From: an uncultured bacterium
GTDB lineage: Bacteria > Bacillota > Clostridia > Christensenellales > HGM11417
Direction of reading: 5' to 3'
DNA: 64,000 bases
NCBI GenBank assembly: GCA_905215695.1
Contig: CAJMQN010000003.1
Location: 171,436 to 235,435 of the forward strand
Part shown: piece after piece, positions 8,631-17,412 of the stretch
How positions within the stretch are numbered: position 1 is the first letter of the stretch
Layout of the letters: each line of letters begins with the position of its first letter
The notes under the pieces: model-generated
Databases searched by the model: none
What the model was told of the DNA's origin: nothing
The model's input: the letters and a program-made list of their open reading frames with translations, nothing else
Translations under genes and position numbers: made by a program

Positions 8631-8646
8631 GTTAGCTATTGCTAAC
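8631..8646. promoter_or_regulatory. Inverted repeat GTTAGC-TATT-GCTAAC in the feo leader (candidate metalloregulator operator)
   Basis: Perfect 6-bp arms. An extra GCTAAC copy at 8548-8553 abuts the -35. Confidence 0.35.
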
Positions 8647-8688
8647 CAAAAAAAGTATCAAACGCCCGGAGTGAGGGAAAGGAGAACC

Positions 8689-8904
8689 ATGATGCCGCTT
8701 ATCGTAGCGCCCACGGGAAAGGATTTGAGAGTGACCAAAGTCTCCGCCGACGAAAAGACGAGGCGGCACCTTGAGAATCTCGGGATCCTGACGGGGGCAA
8801 AGATTGTGACGCTCTCGGAGAGCAACGGAAACGTTATCCTGAAAATCAAGGACGGACGTCTCGCACTTGACAGGCAGCTCGCCATGAAAATTTTTGTCGC
8901 GTAA
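8689..8904 (+). CDS. feoA: FeoA-family protein
   Basis: AAAGGAG then ATG 8689. Small SH3-like FeoA pattern (RRHLENLGILTGAKIVTL...GRLALDRQLAMKIFV). Confidence 0.85.
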   Translation: MMPLIVAPTGKDLRVTKVSADEKTRRHLENLGILTGAKIVTLSESNGNVILKIKDGRLALDRQLAMKIFVA

Positions 8905-8927
8905 ACAATAGTATCGGGAGGTAACGG

Positions 8928-9161
8928 ATGGAAAAATTATTGCAGGGATTCGCACCGCAGGAGCGGGGGCGGGTCAAGCGGGTGGATGCCGAAGGGAAAA
9001 TTCGGCGGCGGCTCTTTGATATGGGCGTGACGCCGGGCGCAGAGATTGTCATGCGCAAGACCGCGCCCTTGGGCGACCCCATCGAGGTGACGCTGCGCGG
9101 GTACGAACTCACGCTTCGAAAGAGCGAGGCGCAGACGGTCGTGATGGAGGTGGAGGCATGA
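8928..9161 (+). CDS. feoA: FeoA-family protein (second copy)
   Basis: RRRLFDMGVTPGAEIVMRKTAPLGDPIEVTLRGYELTLRKSEA is a classic FeoA pattern. Overlaps the feoB start. Confidence 0.9.
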   Translation: MEKLLQGFAPQERGRVKRVDAEGKIRRRLFDMGVTPGAEIVMRKTAPLGDPIEVTLRGYELTLRKSEAQTVVMEVEA

Positions 9162-11464
9162 AATTCGCACTCGCGGGGAATCCGAACTGCGGCAAGACGA
9201 CGCTGTTCAACAGTCTGACCGGCAGCACGGCGCACGTCGGAAACTGGCCGGGCGTGACCGTTGACAAGCGGGAAGGCAGCTACAAAAAACTCGCCGAAAA
9301 GGTTCAGATTGTAGATCTGCCGGGCATCTATTCGCTCTCGCCCTATACGCCCGAGGAGATTGTCTCGAGGAATTTTATCCTTGACGAACGCCCGGACTGT
9401 ATCGTCAATATCGTGGACGCAACCAACCTCGAGCGCAATCTCTATCTCACGACGCAGCTGCTCGAGATCGACCTTCCCGTCGTCGTCGCGCTCAATATGA
9501 TGGACGCCGTCGAACAGAACGGGGACAGTATCGATACGGACGCTCTCGAAAAGAGACTCGGCGTCCCCGTCGTCCCGATTTCCGCGCTGAAGGGAAAGAA
9601 CACCCGCGTACTCATGGAGCGGGCGTATGAGTCCGCCCGCAGACAGAGAAAGGGATTCTCCGTGCTCACATCGGGGCGCCTCGGTCGATTGGTCTCGGCA
9701 GCCGAGGCGGAACTCGCCGAAACGGGCATTGAGAACCCTCTCTTCCATGCGGTCAAACTCGTGGAAGGGGATTCTTTGGAGACGGAACGCTATCCCGCGG
9801 CGGCAAAGAGCGTCGCCGCGCGCAAGGCGGAATTTGCGGCGGACGAATTCGGCGGCGACTTCGAGGCTGCGGTAGCGGACCAGCGCTATCAATACATATC
9901 CGAACACTTCGCCCGCGTTCTGAAGAAAGCGGTGCGAAAGGAGGGCATGACAAAGTCCGACCGCATCGACCGGGTGCTCACGCATCGGATTTGGAGCATT
10001 CCCATCTTTCTCATTATCATGCTTTTGGTATTTCACTGTACCTTCAGCGAGAATTTTCTTCTCTTAAAGACCTTCGGCGTGGACATCTCGGGCAGTGAGA
10101 CAGCGACGGCAATCTTTTGGCCGGACGCCGAGGCGAAAGCGGAGGACATCTTGGGCGGCGCGGAGGAAGAATCCGAAACCGTTGCAGGCGCCGAAGAGAC
10201 GGCTGCGGAAGAGGAATCAGAGCCCCTCGGCATTCCTTCGCCGGGCGTATTTTTGCAGAGCTGGCTGGGATATCTGACGGACGGTCTGCTGATACCGGGC
10301 GTGACGCTCGGACTTGAAAATGCGGGCGCGGCGGACTGGGTGACCGGACTGTTGTGCGACGGTCTGCTGTCCGGTCTGTCGGCAATCCTATCCTTTCTGC
10401 CGCAAATCCTGTTGCTCTTTTTGTTCCTGTCCATTCTCGAGGACAGCGGCTATATGGCGCGCGTCGCGTTCATCATGGACCGCGCGTTCCGAAAATTCGG
10501 ACTTTCGGGCAAGGCGTTTATGCCCCTTCTGATGTGCTTCGGATGCGCCGTGCCGGGAATCATGGCGACCAAGACGTTGGAAAACGAGAAGGAGCGCAGA
10601 CTGTCCATCTACCTCGCGCCCTTCTTCTCCTGCGGCGCAAAACTCCCCATCTGGCTGGCGTTTGCGGCGGTCATGTTCGCGGGGCAGTTCGGGACGCTTG
10701 TCGTCTATTCGATGTACCTCATCGGAATCGTGGTCGCAATTCTCGCGGCGATTTTGCTCAAAGCGACTGCGCTCAAAGGGGATACGCCTCCCTTCATCAT
10801 GGAACTTCCCGCCTATCACCGTCCGCAGTTCAAGAATACGATGGTGCATCTTTGGGATAAACTCAAGCACTATCTGGTGAAAGCGGCAACCATCATTGCG
10901 GGCTCCATCGTGGTGATTTGGTTCCTCTCGAACTTCGGGTTTGCGTTCTGGCGCGGACTCGTGGACATCGAGGACAGCATCATCGGGCAGGTCGGAAACG
11001 TCATTAAATATCTCTTCTACCCGCTCGGTTTCGCGCAGGGCGCGGAGGGCTGGAAATTCGTCGTAGCGGCGTTTACGGGTCTTGTGGCGAAGGAGAACGT
11101 CGTCGGCACGCTCGAAGTGCTCTCTTCGGGTGCGGGACTTGACGCCTTCCTATCTGCGCTCTCCAATCCCGCCGCCTATTCCTTCATGGTATTCAACCTT
11201 CTTTCGGTGCCCTGCATGGCGGCTGTCGCGGCGGCGAGCGGCGAACTTCAGAGCGGCAAAAAGCTCTGGGGCGCCGTGGGGTTCTGGCTCGCGACTTCAT
11301 ACATCGTCTCCGCCGTGTTCTACTGGTTCGGAACGCTCTGCGAGATCGCATGGTGGGCGGGACTGCTTGTGGGTGTTGCCGTCGTAGCGTTGATTGTCAC
11401 GCTCATTCTTCTCCGCGCGAAAGGAATCCTGCGCGGACGCAAAAAAGCGGAATGCGGGTGTTAA
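9158..11464 (+). CDS. feoB: Ferrous iron transporter FeoB
   Basis: N-terminal G-domain (GNPNCGKTTLFN, DLPGIYS, NMMD) followed by a polytopic membrane domain. Contains an acidic insertion at about 10095-10230. Confidence 0.95.
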   Translation: MKFALAGNPNCGKTTLFNSLTGSTAHVGNWPGVTVDKREGSYKKLAEKVQIVDLPGIYSLSPYTPEEIVSRNFILDERPDCIVNIVDATNLERNLYLTTQLLEIDLPVVVALNMMDAVEQNGDSIDTDALEKRLGVPVVPISALKGKNTRVLMERAYESARRQRKGFSVLTSGRLGRLVSAAEAELAETGIENPLFHAVKLVEGDSLETERYPAAAKSVAARKAEFAADEFGGDFEAAVADQRYQYISEHFARVLKKAVRKEGMTKSDRIDRVLTHRIWSIPIFLIIMLLVFHCTFSENFLLLKTFGVDISGSETATAIFWPDAEAKAEDILGGAEEESETVAGAEETAAEEESEPLGIPSPGVFLQSWLGYLTDGLLIPGVTLGLENAGAADWVTGLLCDGLLSGLSAILSFLPQILLLFLFLSILEDSGYMARVAFIMDRAFRKFGLSGKAFMPLLMCFGCAVPGIMATKTLENEKERRLSIYLAPFFSCGAKLPIWLAFAAVMFAGQFGTLVVYSMYLIGIVVAILAAILLKATALKGDTPPFIMELPAYHRPQFKNTMVHLWDKLKHYLVKAATIIAGSIVVIWFLSNFGFAFWRGLVDIEDSIIGQVGNVIKYLFYPLGFAQGAEGWKFVVAAFTGLVAKENVVGTLEVLSSGAGLDAFLSALSNPAAYSFMVFNLLSVPCMAAVAAASGELQSGKKLWGAVGFWLATSYIVSAVFYWFGTLCEIAWWAGLLVGVAVVALIVTLILLRAKGILRGRKKAECGC

Positions 11465-11502
11465 ATCCGATTTCGAATATACTCCTTTAGAAAAACGGAA
11501 AG

Positions 11503-11539
11503 ACCCCCGCCGGACTGCCGGTCCGCGCGGGGGTTTTTC
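11503..11539. terminator. Bidirectional intrinsic terminator (feoB / ychF convergent)
   Basis: ACCCCCGC-CGGAC...GTCCG-GCGGGGGT followed by TTTTT. Confidence 0.75.
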
Positions 11540-11572
11540 TGTATTTTGAATGTCGCCGACAATTCGGTTGTT

Positions 11573-12670
11573 CTACACGTTGAATCGGAAGAGGATGACG
11601 TCGCCGTCCTTGACCACATAGTCCTTGCCCTCGGAGCGCACCTTGCCCTTCTCCTTTGCGGCGTTGAAACTGCCGGATTCGAGCAGAACGTCATAGTCCA
11701 CGATTTCGGCGCGGATGAAACCTTTTTCAAAATCGGAGTGGATTTTCCCCGCCGCTCCGGGCGCTTTTGTGCCCCGTTCGATGGTCCAGGCGCGGGTCTC
11801 TTTCTCTCCCGCGGTGAGGAAACTGACGAGTCCGAGCAGAGTATAGCAGGCGCGCACGAGCTGGTCAAGCCCGCTCTCCTTGATCCCGAGTTCCTCAAGG
11901 AACATTCCGCGCTCGTCTGCGGGGAGCTTGGTAAGCTCCTCCTCGATTTTGGCGCAGAGGGTGATGACCTGCGCGTGTTCGCGCTCGGCGAATTCGCGCA
12001 CGAGTTTGACATAGGGGAGATCGTTTTCCTCTTTCCCGAGGTCGTTCTCGCCGATATTCGCGGCATAGACGACGGGCTTTGCAGTGAGAAGGAAGAGGGA
12101 TTTGACAAACTCTTTTTCGTCGTCGGAGAACTCCATGGAGCGGACGGGAATTTCTTTTTCGAGTCCGTCTGCGATACGTTGCAGCAGCTCGGCTTCCTCG
12201 GCGTACTTCTTGTCTCCGGTTTTTTTCATGTTTTTCGCCTTGTCGAGCCTGCGCGAAATGAGTTCGAGGTCGGAGAGAATGAGTTCGAGGTCGATGGTCT
12301 TGATGTCGCGGACGGGGTCGACGCTCCCGTCGACGTGCGTGATATTGTCGTCCTCGAAACAGCGGACGACGTGCACGACGGCGTCCACCTCGCGGATATG
12401 GGAGAGGAACTTGTTTCCGAGTCCTTCGCCCTTGCTTGCGCCGCGCACGAGTCCGGCGATATCGACGAATTCGATGGTCGTATGGACGATTTTTTTGCAG
12501 TTGTAGAGGGCGGCAAGTTTATAGAGTCTGTCGTCGGGCACGGCTACGGTGCCGACATTGGGTTCAATGGTACAAAAAGGGTAATTGGCGCATTCCGCGC
12601 CCGCCTGCGTAATCGCGTTGAAGAGCGTACTTTTGCCGACGTTCGGGAGACCCACAACACCTAATTTCAT
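11573..12670 (-). CDS. ychF: Redox-regulated ATPase YchF
   Basis: Start at MKLGVVGLPNVGKSTLFNAIT (ATG 12670). C-terminal TGS-like end ...VVKDGDVILFRFNV. Confidence 0.95.
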   Translation of the reverse strand: MKLGVVGLPNVGKSTLFNAITQAGAECANYPFCTIEPNVGTVAVPDDRLYKLAALYNCKKIVHTTIEFVDIAGLVRGASKGEGLGNKFLSHIREVDAVVHVVRCFEDDNITHVDGSVDPVRDIKTIDLELILSDLELISRRLDKAKNMKKTGDKKYAEEAELLQRIADGLEKEIPVRSMEFSDDEKEFVKSLFLLTAKPVVYAANIGENDLGKEENDLPYVKLVREFAEREHAQVITLCAKIEEELTKLPADERGMFLEELGIKESGLDQLVRACYTLLGLVSFLTAGEKETRAWTIERGTKAPGAAGKIHSDFEKGFIRAEIVDYDVLLESGSFNAAKEKGKVRSEGKDYVVKDGDVILFRFNV

Positions 12671-12700
12671 GAAAAATCCTCGCTTGGTTTGTTCCCTACT

Positions 12701-12729
12701 ATTATAGGGGAAACCCGTGAAAGTGTCAA
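12701..12729 (-). promoter_or_regulatory. ychF promoter
   Basis: Minus strand: TTGACA (12729-12724), 17-nt spacer, TATAAT (12706-12701). Confidence 0.65.
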
Positions 12730-12780
12730 CGCGATTGACCCCCGTACGCGAAATTTCCCCGTCCTTTCCGTCTTCCCGGC

Positions 12781-13524
12781 TCACAGCAGGGGCGCGTGTT
12801 TTTCGACGAGGTATTTGTGGTAGCGGCGGGGCATATAGTTAAACATCTGCCGCAGATTTTTCCGTTCCTCGATATTGACGCTCTTGCAGTAGAGCGCGAA
12901 CAGCCGCTGAAAGCTCTCCTCAGTCTCCGAGAGATAGACTTTGAGTTCCCTGTCGTAGCCGTAGGTATAGGTGTTTTTGCCGTCGTAGATACCGAGGATA
13001 TTCCGCCTGACGTCGTGAATGAGAAATTTCTCATTGTTGTACCGCGTGCGGAAGTGGGGCAGAAGGAGCGCGGTAATATCGTGGTCGGGTTCGTACCGTG
13101 CGTAGAGTACCCCCTCCGTGTTTTCCTGAAAACGGAGAAAACCCTTGAATCGATGCACCTCGACGCCCACCTTATAGACGAGTTCGCGGAAGTCGATGAC
13201 GGCGGGGGAAGCGAGCATATATTTGGCGTCCCTGCCGTGCGCGAGGAGTTCGCGGATGTAGCCGAAGGCAATATCCCCGCGCTCGGGCACGCTCGCGCAG
13301 AGTGCCTGCGAAATCTCCCGCAGAACGGGTGCGCCCCCGATTTTTTTGAGCTTGGCGCGCACCCGCGCCGCCCTGCCGAGGTCGGTGGGAATGCGCACGA
13401 TTTCGCTCTCGAAGTCCGGCTGAAAATCGTCGCAGAAAAACCTTGGCGCCGCCTTTCTCGCATACGCCTCGAATACCGCCGTATAGAAACCGTCCGCCGT
13501 GCGGTCATAGACAAAGATTTGCAT
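12781..13524 (-). CDS. DUF4130/TIGR03915-type putative DNA-metabolism protein (partner of the radical SAM TIGR03916 family)
   Basis: MQIFVYDRTADGFYTAVFEAY... and FKGFLRFQE... match my memory of the family that always pairs with the adjacent radical SAM gene. Confidence 0.7.
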   Translation of the reverse strand: MQIFVYDRTADGFYTAVFEAYARKAAPRFFCDDFQPDFESEIVRIPTDLGRAARVRAKLKKIGGAPVLREISQALCASVPERGDIAFGYIRELLAHGRDAKYMLASPAVIDFRELVYKVGVEVHRFKGFLRFQENTEGVLYARYEPDHDITALLLPHFRTRYNNEKFLIHDVRRNILGIYDGKNTYTYGYDRELKVYLSETEESFQRLFALYCKSVNIEERKNLRQMFNYMPRRYHKYLVEKHAPLL

Positions 13525-13525
13525 C

Positions 13526-14743
13526 TCAAAGTTCCCCCGTCAACGCGCTGTAGCCCGCCTCGAAGAGACTTGTTTGGGTGTATTCCGCGAGGAAGTCCTC
13601 CGAAAGGAGCGCCGCGCCCTCGAATTTCCCCTTGGCGGTCAGAAAATGCCTCGCGCGCTTGAGGGGTACGCGCATGCGCAGGAGATCCGAAAAATCGAGC
13701 TTTTTAAACCGCCGGGCATTCATGATTTTGCCCGCGGAGCGGATCCCGATTCCGGGGACGCGCACGAGCATTTCGAGGGGGACGGTGTTGACCTCGACGG
13801 GGAAGAGTTCGGGGTGTTTGAGCGCCCAAAAGCTCTTGGGGTCGAGACCGAGCGGGAAATTTTCTCCGGGCGCGAGCAGCTCGTCCGCGCTGAAATTGTA
13901 GAACCGCAAAAGCCAGTCCGCCTGATACAGCCGGTGCTCGCGCGCCTTTTCCTGCGACTTTGCGGGGAGCAAAGAATTGACGTTGTCCGGGGTGAGGAGG
14001 AACGCGGAATAATAGACCCGCTTTAAAGAAAATTTGCGGTAGAGCGCGTCCGAGAGGGTGAGTATGGCGTCGTCCGTCTCCGAAGACGCGCCGACAATCA
14101 TCTGCGTGGTCTGTCCGGCAGAGAGTCCGCGCGCGCTCTTCGCCCGTTCTTTCGCGCCCTCGGCGAGCGCCGCCATGGGGGTGAGAATGGACTCCTTGCG
14201 CTTCTGCGGCGCAAGAAGCCTGAGACTGCGCTCGGAGGGCAGTTCGATATTGAAACTCATGCGGTCGGCGTAAGAAGAGCCGAGCTGCACGAGCCGTTCG
14301 TCGCTCCCGGGAATCCCTTTCAAATGGATATAGCCGTTGAATTTATATTCTTCCCGCAGAAGTTTGACGGTGCGGACGAGGAGTTCCATGGTATAGTCGG
14401 GATTTTTGAGGACGGCGGAGGACAAAAAGAGCCCCTCGATATAGTTTCGCCGATAAAAACTCATGACGAGTTCGCAAAGTTCCTCGGGTGTAAAGCTGGC
14501 GCGCGGCTTGTCAAGCTCCCGCCTGTTGACGCAGTAGAGACAGTTGAACGCGCAGTCGTTGGAGAGGAGCACCTTCAAGAGAGAAACGCATCTGCCGTCC
14601 TCGGTAAAGCTGTGGCAGATGCCGCAGGGGGCGGCGTTTCCCATCTGTCCGCGCTTTGCGCCCCGGTTGCTCCCGGAGGAAGAGCAGGAGACGTCATACT
14701 TGGCTCCGTCCGTGAGAATCTGCAATTTATCCGAAAAATCCAT
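13526..14743 (-). CDS. Putative DNA modification/repair radical SAM protein (TIGR03916-like)
   Basis: Start at MDFSDKLQIL (ATG 14743). CAFNCLYC radical-SAM cluster motif and a C-terminal HhH-like VPGIGIRSAGKI. The ORF-track upstream extension was rejected. Confidence 0.8.
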   Translation of the reverse strand: MDFSDKLQILTDGAKYDVSCSSSGSNRGAKRGQMGNAAPCGICHSFTEDGRCVSLLKVLLSNDCAFNCLYCVNRRELDKPRASFTPEELCELVMSFYRRNYIEGLFLSSAVLKNPDYTMELLVRTVKLLREEYKFNGYIHLKGIPGSDERLVQLGSSYADRMSFNIELPSERSLRLLAPQKRKESILTPMAALAEGAKERAKSARGLSAGQTTQMIVGASSETDDAILTLSDALYRKFSLKRVYYSAFLLTPDNVNSLLPAKSQEKAREHRLYQADWLLRFYNFSADELLAPGENFPLGLDPKSFWALKHPELFPVEVNTVPLEMLVRVPGIGIRSAGKIMNARRFKKLDFSDLLRMRVPLKRARHFLTAKGKFEGAALLSEDFLAEYTQTSLFEAGYSALTGEL

Positions 14744-14757
14744 GTTTTCGCCCTCAC

Positions 14758-14814
14758 AAACAAATGTTCTGTACATAGTATAGCACGCCGAAGGCAATTT
14801 GTAAACATATGTTT
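14758..14814. promoter_or_regulatory. Two LexA (Cheo-box)-like sites flanking the radical-SAM promoter
   Basis: AAAC-AAAT-GTTC (14758-14769) and AAAC-ATAT-GTTT (14803-14814), compared with the Firmicutes consensus GAAC-N4-GTTC. Minus-strand promoter is TTTACA-17-TATACT (14805-14777). Confidence 0.3.
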
Positions 14815-14912
14815 TTAACTTTTTAGAAATTTTTTTTGGCAAATCATGGAAATTGGGGTATAATGGTAATGTTACCCGGGGTGAGGGTGAAATAAAACAA
14901 GGGGATAAAGTT

Positions 14913-15140
14913 ATGGACAAAGAGCGAATACGAGAGATGCGAAAGAACTTTTTAAACGGTTTGGCGGAGACGTTGGGCAAGAGCGCGGGTTTTGCGGAAT
15001 GCCGGGAGCTGACGAAGGAATTGTCCGAACGCTTTGAGGAGCTGACCTGGAAGGACAGGGTGGGGGAACTCCCGTGGCTTGCGATTGCGGCGTTCGTGGA
15101 GTTGCTCGCGGACAGCGAAGAAGTGCGGATTGTGCTGTAA
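14913..15140 (+). CDS. Small hypothetical protein (75 aa)
   Basis: AAGGGGA RBS then ATG 14913. Upstream TTGGCA-17-TATAAT (14836-14864). No family recognised. Confidence 0.4.
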   Translation: MDKERIREMRKNFLNGLAETLGKSAGFAECRELTKELSERFEELTWKDRVGELPWLAIAAFVELLADSEEVRIVL

Positions 15141-15178
15141 TCTGTCGAAAATGCGCGGAAAAAACTCTTTGGATAAGG

Positions 15179-15207
15179 TTGCAATTTGCGCGCGGATGGG
15201 TTATAAT
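15179..15207 (+). promoter_or_regulatory. SRP RNA promoter
   Basis: TTGCAA (15179-15184), 17-nt spacer, TATAAT (15202-15207). Confidence 0.7.
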
Positions 15208-15212
15208 AATAG

Positions 15213-15480
15213 GGCTGTAATATGCGGGGAGCCAGCGGTGCCCTGAACTTGCAATCCGCTATAGCAAGGCAGAATGCCGCTCGAGGCCTCGTGGGATGAA
15301 GGCAGTCCCGGATAAGGAACAGGGATCTTAAGGTCCCATGCAACAGACGACTTTGAACCGTGTCAGGGCAGGAATGCAGCAGCACTAAGGAGATCCGGCT
15401 GTGTGCCATGGGGTTACTTTAAGGGAGTCACCTACCCGGCAAACGCTTTGGCTCACGTTGTCGAAAGCGGCTTTACAGCA
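15213..15480 (+). ncRNA. ffs: Signal recognition particle RNA, long Bacillus-type (with Alu domain)
   Basis: GCGGGGAGCCAGCGGUGCCCUGAACUUGCAAUCCGCUAUAGCAAGG closely matches the B. subtilis scRNA Alu-domain sequence as I recall it. Domain IV-like GUCAGGGCAGGAAUGCAGCAGCA. The 5' GCUGUAA pairs with the 3' UUACAGC. Own promoter and terminator. Confidence 0.85.
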
Positions 15481-15482
15481 AA

Positions 15483-15522
15483 ACGAGGCGTTTTCTCAAA
15501 TGAGAAAACGCCTCGTTTTTTA
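15483..15522. terminator. Bidirectional intrinsic terminator (SRP RNA / ABC exporter)
   Basis: ACGAGGCGTTTTCTC-aaat-GAGAAAACGCCTCGT followed by TTTTTT. Confidence 0.85.
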
Positions 15523-15528
15523 TTTTGT

Positions 15529-17412
15529 CTATTCGAGTTCGAATGCGCCGGTATAGAGCTGATAATATCTGCCCTTCTTTGCGATGAGGGAATCGTGGCT
15601 GCCCCGCTCGATGACGCGCCCGTGGTCGAGCACCATAATCGCGTCCGAATTGCGTACGGTGGAGAGCCTGTGCGCGATGACGAAGACGGTGCGCCCCTTC
15701 ATGAGCGAATCCATGCCCCTCTGAACGATCGCCTCGGTACGGGTATCGATAGAGGATGTCGCCTCGTCGAGAATCATGACCGGGGGGTCTGCGACCGCGG
15801 CGCGGGCAATGGAGATGAGCTGCCGCTGTCCCTGCGAGAGATTTGCGCCGTTTCCCGTGAGCATGGTCTCGTACCCGTCGGGAAGCCGCCGGATAAAGTC
15901 GTCCGCGCCCGCGAGCTTTGCCGCCGCCTCGATTTCCGCGTCGGTGGCGTCCAGCCGACCGAATCGGATATTCTCCCGCACCGTCCCGGTAAAGAGGTTG
16001 ACGTCCTGCAAAACGACCCCGAGCGAACGCCGAAGGTCGTTCTTTTTCATCTTGTTGATATTGATTCCGTCGTACCGGATTTTGCCGTCCGCAATGTCGT
16101 AGAACCGATTGATCAGGTTTGTAATGGTGGTCTTGCCCGCGCCCGTCGCGCCCACGAACGCGATCTTCTGCCCGGGCTCGGCGTACAGCGAAACGTCGTG
16201 CAGAACGGTCTTTTCGGGCACGTATCCGAAATCGACGTCGAACATACGCACGTCCCCGGTGAGGCGGGTATAGGTGAGCGTGCCGTCCGAATGCGGATGT
16301 TTCCACGCCCAAATGCCCGTGCGTTCGGCGCACTCGGAAATCTCTCCGTTCTCTCCGACCTTGGCGTTGACGAGTGTGACGTATCCGTCGTCAACCTCGG
16401 GCGATTCGTCCATGAGGGCGAAGATACGTTCCGCGCCCGCCATCGCCATGACGATGTAGTTGAGCTGCTGCGAAACCTGTCCGACCTGCTGTGAAAAACT
16501 CCTCGAGAGCTGCAAAAAGGCGATAATCGCGCCGATGGTAATGGCGCTGATTCCGTTCAGCGCAAGGATACCGCCCACAACGGCGATGAGCACGTATTGG
16601 AAGTAACCGACGTTCGCCATGACGGGCATGAGCACGTTGGCGTACTTGTTCGCCTGATACGCAGCCTCGTTGAGTTCCTCGTTGATGCCGTTGAAGTCCC
16701 GCTTTGCGGCTTCCTCGTGGTTAAAGACCTTGATGACCTTCTGTCCGTTGATCATTTCCTCGATATAGCTGTCCACCTTCGCAATGGACTGCTGTTGCCG
16801 GATAAAGTACTTCGCGCTCCTGCCGCCGATGATTTTGACGAGGAAGAGCATGACGCCGAGGAACACGAGAACGACAAGCGTGAGGTAGAGATTGGTGATA
16901 ACCATGGAGATGAACACCGCGAGAATGGTGACCGCCGATGCGACAAACTGCGGAATGCTCTGCGTGATGAGCTGCATGAGGGTGTCGGTATCGTTGGTGT
17001 AACAGCTCATGATATCGCCGTGCGTGCGGGTGTCGAAGTAGCGGATGGGCAGGTTCTCCATTTTTGCGAACATGTCGTCGCGGATAATCTTCAGAACGTC
17101 CTGCGCAACCACCGCCATAATGCGGTTGTAACAGTAAGTGGCGGCAATGCCGACGACATACAGACACGCCATCATGAGAATCGCGGTGAGAAGTCCCGTA
17201 AACACGGGATTCGGATTTGACTGCAGGGGAGTGATATAGTTGTCAATGAGTATTTGAATAAAGAGCGTTCCGGCGACGTTCGCGGCGGCGCTGACGACGA
17301 TGCAGAGGAGCACGAGCACGGAGAGCGCCTTGTGCTTGCCGACGAGATAGCCCATGAGCCGCTTGAGGGTCTTTCCCGGGTGTCCGATATGAGGTTTTTT
17401 ATTCCTTTTCAT
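15529..17412 (-). CDS. ABC exporter, fused permease/ATPase (multidrug/lipid type), subunit B
   Basis: Start at MKRNKKPHIG (ATG 17412, 14-nt overlap with the upstream gene). Six-TM domain, then Walker A GATGAGKTT, signature LSQGQRQ, Walker B ILDEATS. Confidence 0.9.
   Translation of the reverse strand: MKRNKKPHIGHPGKTLKRLMGYLVGKHKALSVLVLLCIVVSAAANVAGTLFIQILIDNYITPLQSNPNPVFTGLLTAILMMACLYVVGIAATYCYNRIMAVVAQDVLKIIRDDMFAKMENLPIRYFDTRTHGDIMSCYTNDTDTLMQLITQSIPQFVASAVTILAVFISMVITNLYLTLVVLVFLGVMLFLVKIIGGRSAKYFIRQQQSIAKVDSYIEEMINGQKVIKVFNHEEAAKRDFNGINEELNEAAYQANKYANVLMPVMANVGYFQYVLIAVVGGILALNGISAITIGAIIAFLQLSRSFSQQVGQVSQQLNYIVMAMAGAERIFALMDESPEVDDGYVTLVNAKVGENGEISECAERTGIWAWKHPHSDGTLTYTRLTGDVRMFDVDFGYVPEKTVLHDVSLYAEPGQKIAFVGATGAGKTTITNLINRFYDIADGKIRYDGININKMKKNDLRRSLGVVLQDVNLFTGTVRENIRFGRLDATDAEIEAAAKLAGADDFIRRLPDGYETMLTGNGANLSQGQRQLISIARAAVADPPVMILDEATSSIDTRTEAIVQRGMDSLMKGRTVFVIAHRLSTVRNSDAIMVLDHGRVIERGSHDSLIAKKGRYYQLYTGAFELE

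Noticed and set aside
8631-8646. Calling the feo leader inverted repeat a Fur box or a DtxR/IdeR box
   Set aside because: The sequence does not resemble GATAATGATAATCATTATC. The arms resemble DtxR half-sites, but the 4-bp spacer differs from the 1-bp centre of the 19-bp consensus. I kept it only as an unassigned candidate operator.
8846-10036. 396-aa ORF antisense to feoA/feoB. Similar long antisense ORFs occur at 1038..2093(-), 11546..12664(+), 15403..16494(+), 18497..19240(+), 21315..22343(+), 27730..28548(-), 47308..48327(-), 50997..52580(-) and 59678..60472(+).
   Set aside because: Each is the mirror frame of a gene with clear family motifs. Their composition is biased and low-complexity, and they lack start contexts. 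They are high-G+C shadow ORFs.
14744-15409. N-terminal 222-codon extension of the radical SAM ORF (ORF-track 13526..15409)
   Set aside because: The extension runs antisense through the SRP RNA gene and its promoter and through a divergent promoter region. Family-like sequence and a promoter with a short leader begin at ATG 14743.
15213-15480. Alternative identities for the structured RNA: cobalamin riboswitch, RNase P RNA, tmRNA, 6S RNA
   Set aside because: There is no B12 box, no GAGGAAAGUCC/ACAGAA RNase P cores and no tRNA-like tmRNA ends. The Alu-domain string and the GUCAGG..GGAA..AGCAGC domain IV motif fit SRP RNA, and the element has its own promoter and terminator rather than a downstream regulated gene.
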